DNA of 64,000 nt. It comes from a virus. The notes below the pieces were generated by a model. The model was not told where the DNA came from, made no database searches, and saw only the letters and a program-made list of their open reading frames with translations. The stretch is taken from positions 6,442 to 70,441 of IMG/VR virus record IMGVR_UViG_3300037512_001384, one strand, 5' to 3'. A program made the translations under genes and the position numbers. Below are positions 62,910 through 64,000 of the stretch, in pieces (positions within the stretch are counted from its first letter, which is position 1; every line of letters begins with the position of its first letter).

Positions 62910-63527
62910 ATGAAAAAGAAGATTCAACTGCAAGACGAGGTATTTGAGGGCATATCCTCAGTATTCGCCGTGAAGGGTGGTTTCGATTTCACCATCCCCA
63001 CTTCTGGTTCAGGTGCAGGTAAGGCTTCCGCAAGCATCAACAGCAACGACAGCAACCTGTTCGAGTTCCCCGTCTCTGACGAGTCAGGTTTCAACTTCGA
63101 CACCGGTGCTCCTACTGTTGACAACTTCAAGATCAAGGGTCTTGGAGCAGCTTGGGTGAGCACATTCACTCCTGGTGATGGCTCCATCACACTGGAGATC
63201 CCCTGCAATGAGACCAACATCATGGAGGCTTGCTTCGGCAGCGCTCCTGTTGAAGCCACCATCGAGCTCAAGAGCGGTATCCTGGGTAACAGCGCTGTCA
63301 GCTTCAAGGGCGCAGCCTTTGCAGCTCCTCAGAAGGCTGTTTACTTCGGTATGCTCATCTTGAACGACGCCGAGGACAAGCTGCTCTTCATCAAGAAGGC
63401 GAAGTTCATGGCTCAGGCCATCTTCGACGGCAGCAACAAGCCTCTGTGCGTGGTGCTGACCGGCAATCTCAGCGCAGCTGCCGATCCCACCTCATTCGGT
63501 GTGCTGACCAAGGTGGTTGCAGCCTAA
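62910..63527 (+). CDS. hypothetical structural protein (possible tail tube)
   Basis: Position, followed by a terminator-like hairpin. Confidence 0.3.
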   Translation: MKKKIQLQDEVFEGISSVFAVKGGFDFTIPTSGSGAGKASASINSNDSNLFEFPVSDESGFNFDTGAPTVDNFKIKGLGAAWVSTFTPGDGSITLEIPCNETNIMEACFGSAPVEATIELKSGILGNSAVSFKGAAFAAPQKAVYFGMLILNDAEDKLLFIKKAKFMAQAIFDGSNKPLCVVLTGNLSAAADPTSFGVLTKVVAA

Positions 63528-63549
63528 GTGCTGTCGGGACCGATTCCTT

Positions 63550-63597
63550 AAAGGGTAGTGGCGGCGTACAACCACCGCTGCCCTTTAAAATTTCAAA
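63550..63597 (+). terminator. terminator-like hairpin
   Basis: AAAGGGTAGTGGCGG..CCACCGCTGCCCTTT imperfect stem, then AAAATTT. Confidence 0.45.
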
Positions 63598-63606
63598 CGA
63601 GACGAT

Positions 63607-64000
63607 ATGCAACAGATAGATTACGTAGTACCGATGGTGTTCACTGATGACCCTGTATGGCAGGCGCAGTGTGCAGAAGCTATGGGACGTCCGGTGGAGT
63701 CACTGAATGAGTCACCGCGTTGGCGTAGCTGGGGTACGGAGGAGCTGCTGGTGAAGGCAATCCTCAAGTTCATGCCGTGGATACGTCGTATCCATATCCT
63801 GCTGTCCGGTGAGAGCCAGGTGCAGCCGTGGATGAAGGATTACGAGAAGGTCAACGTGGTGTTCCATAAGGATGTTATTCCCGAGGAGTACCGTCCGTGC
63901 TTCGTGTCACGCACAGTGGAGATGTTCCTTGGTTCCATCCCGGGACTGGCTGCGCAGTTTATATACGGCAATGATGACATGTATCCGTTGTCACCCTTGG
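63607..64000 (+). CDS. Stealth-family (CR1/CR2) hexose-1-phosphoryltransferase-like protein, 3' end outside window
   Basis: Not in the ORF track because it is open to the window end. IDYVVPMVFTDDPVW (CR1-like) and WRSWGTEELL..PWIRRIHILLSG..PCFVSRTVEM..IYGNDDMYP (CR2-like). Confidence 0.6.
   Translation, partial: MQQIDYVVPMVFTDDPVWQAQCAEAMGRPVESLNESPRWRSWGTEELLVKAILKFMPWIRRIHILLSGESQVQPWMKDYEKVNVVFHKDVIPEEYRPCFVSRTVEMFLGSIPGLAAQFIYGNDDMYPLSPL

Overview
This 64-kb window looks like part of a tailed, probably temperate, phage or prophage. The host is likely Bacteroidota; that is inferred from DUF3127 and DUF4494 proteins, a lipoprotein signal peptide and A-rich leaders without Shine-Dalgarno sequences. 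Layout: (i) 1-26.6 kb is a rightward train of recombination, replication and DNA-modification genes. It holds RecT, a nuclease-FtsK fusion, a DUF3127 SSB, a replisome organizer with an internal ori-like repeat, a gp4-like primase-helicase, four DNA methyltransferases, Gp37/68, a PAPS-reductase-like protein, an HNH endonuclease and tRNA-Gln. (ii) 26.7-45.1 kb is a leftward block: tyrosine recombinase, an FtsK-like ATPase and about 38 small, mostly acidic ORFan genes including an ArdA-like protein. Most transcription units there are preceded by the same regulatory cassette, a variable hairpin followed by a conserved TGTTTAACTCTTAAA leader. (iii) 45.1-46.0 kb is a complex AT-rich divergent control region. 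(iv) 46-52.6 kb is rightward: D5/P4-type helicase, an SPFH lipoprotein and a double glycosyltransferase. (v) 52.7-63.5 kb holds morphogenesis genes: MuF-like, portal, large terminase with an intein, and capsid and tail genes. A partial Stealth-family gene follows. The most unusual observation concerns the first 26.6 kb. The only two leftward coding segments there are both methyltransferase sequences, and both are bracketed by short inverted repeats. One inversion splits a methyltransferase gene in frame; the other flips a whole methyltransferase gene. I interpret this as a candidate phage-borne DNA-inversion switch of methyltransferases, with the window's only recombinase as the candidate invertase. 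Function calls rest on motifs I can read in the translations. No database search was run.
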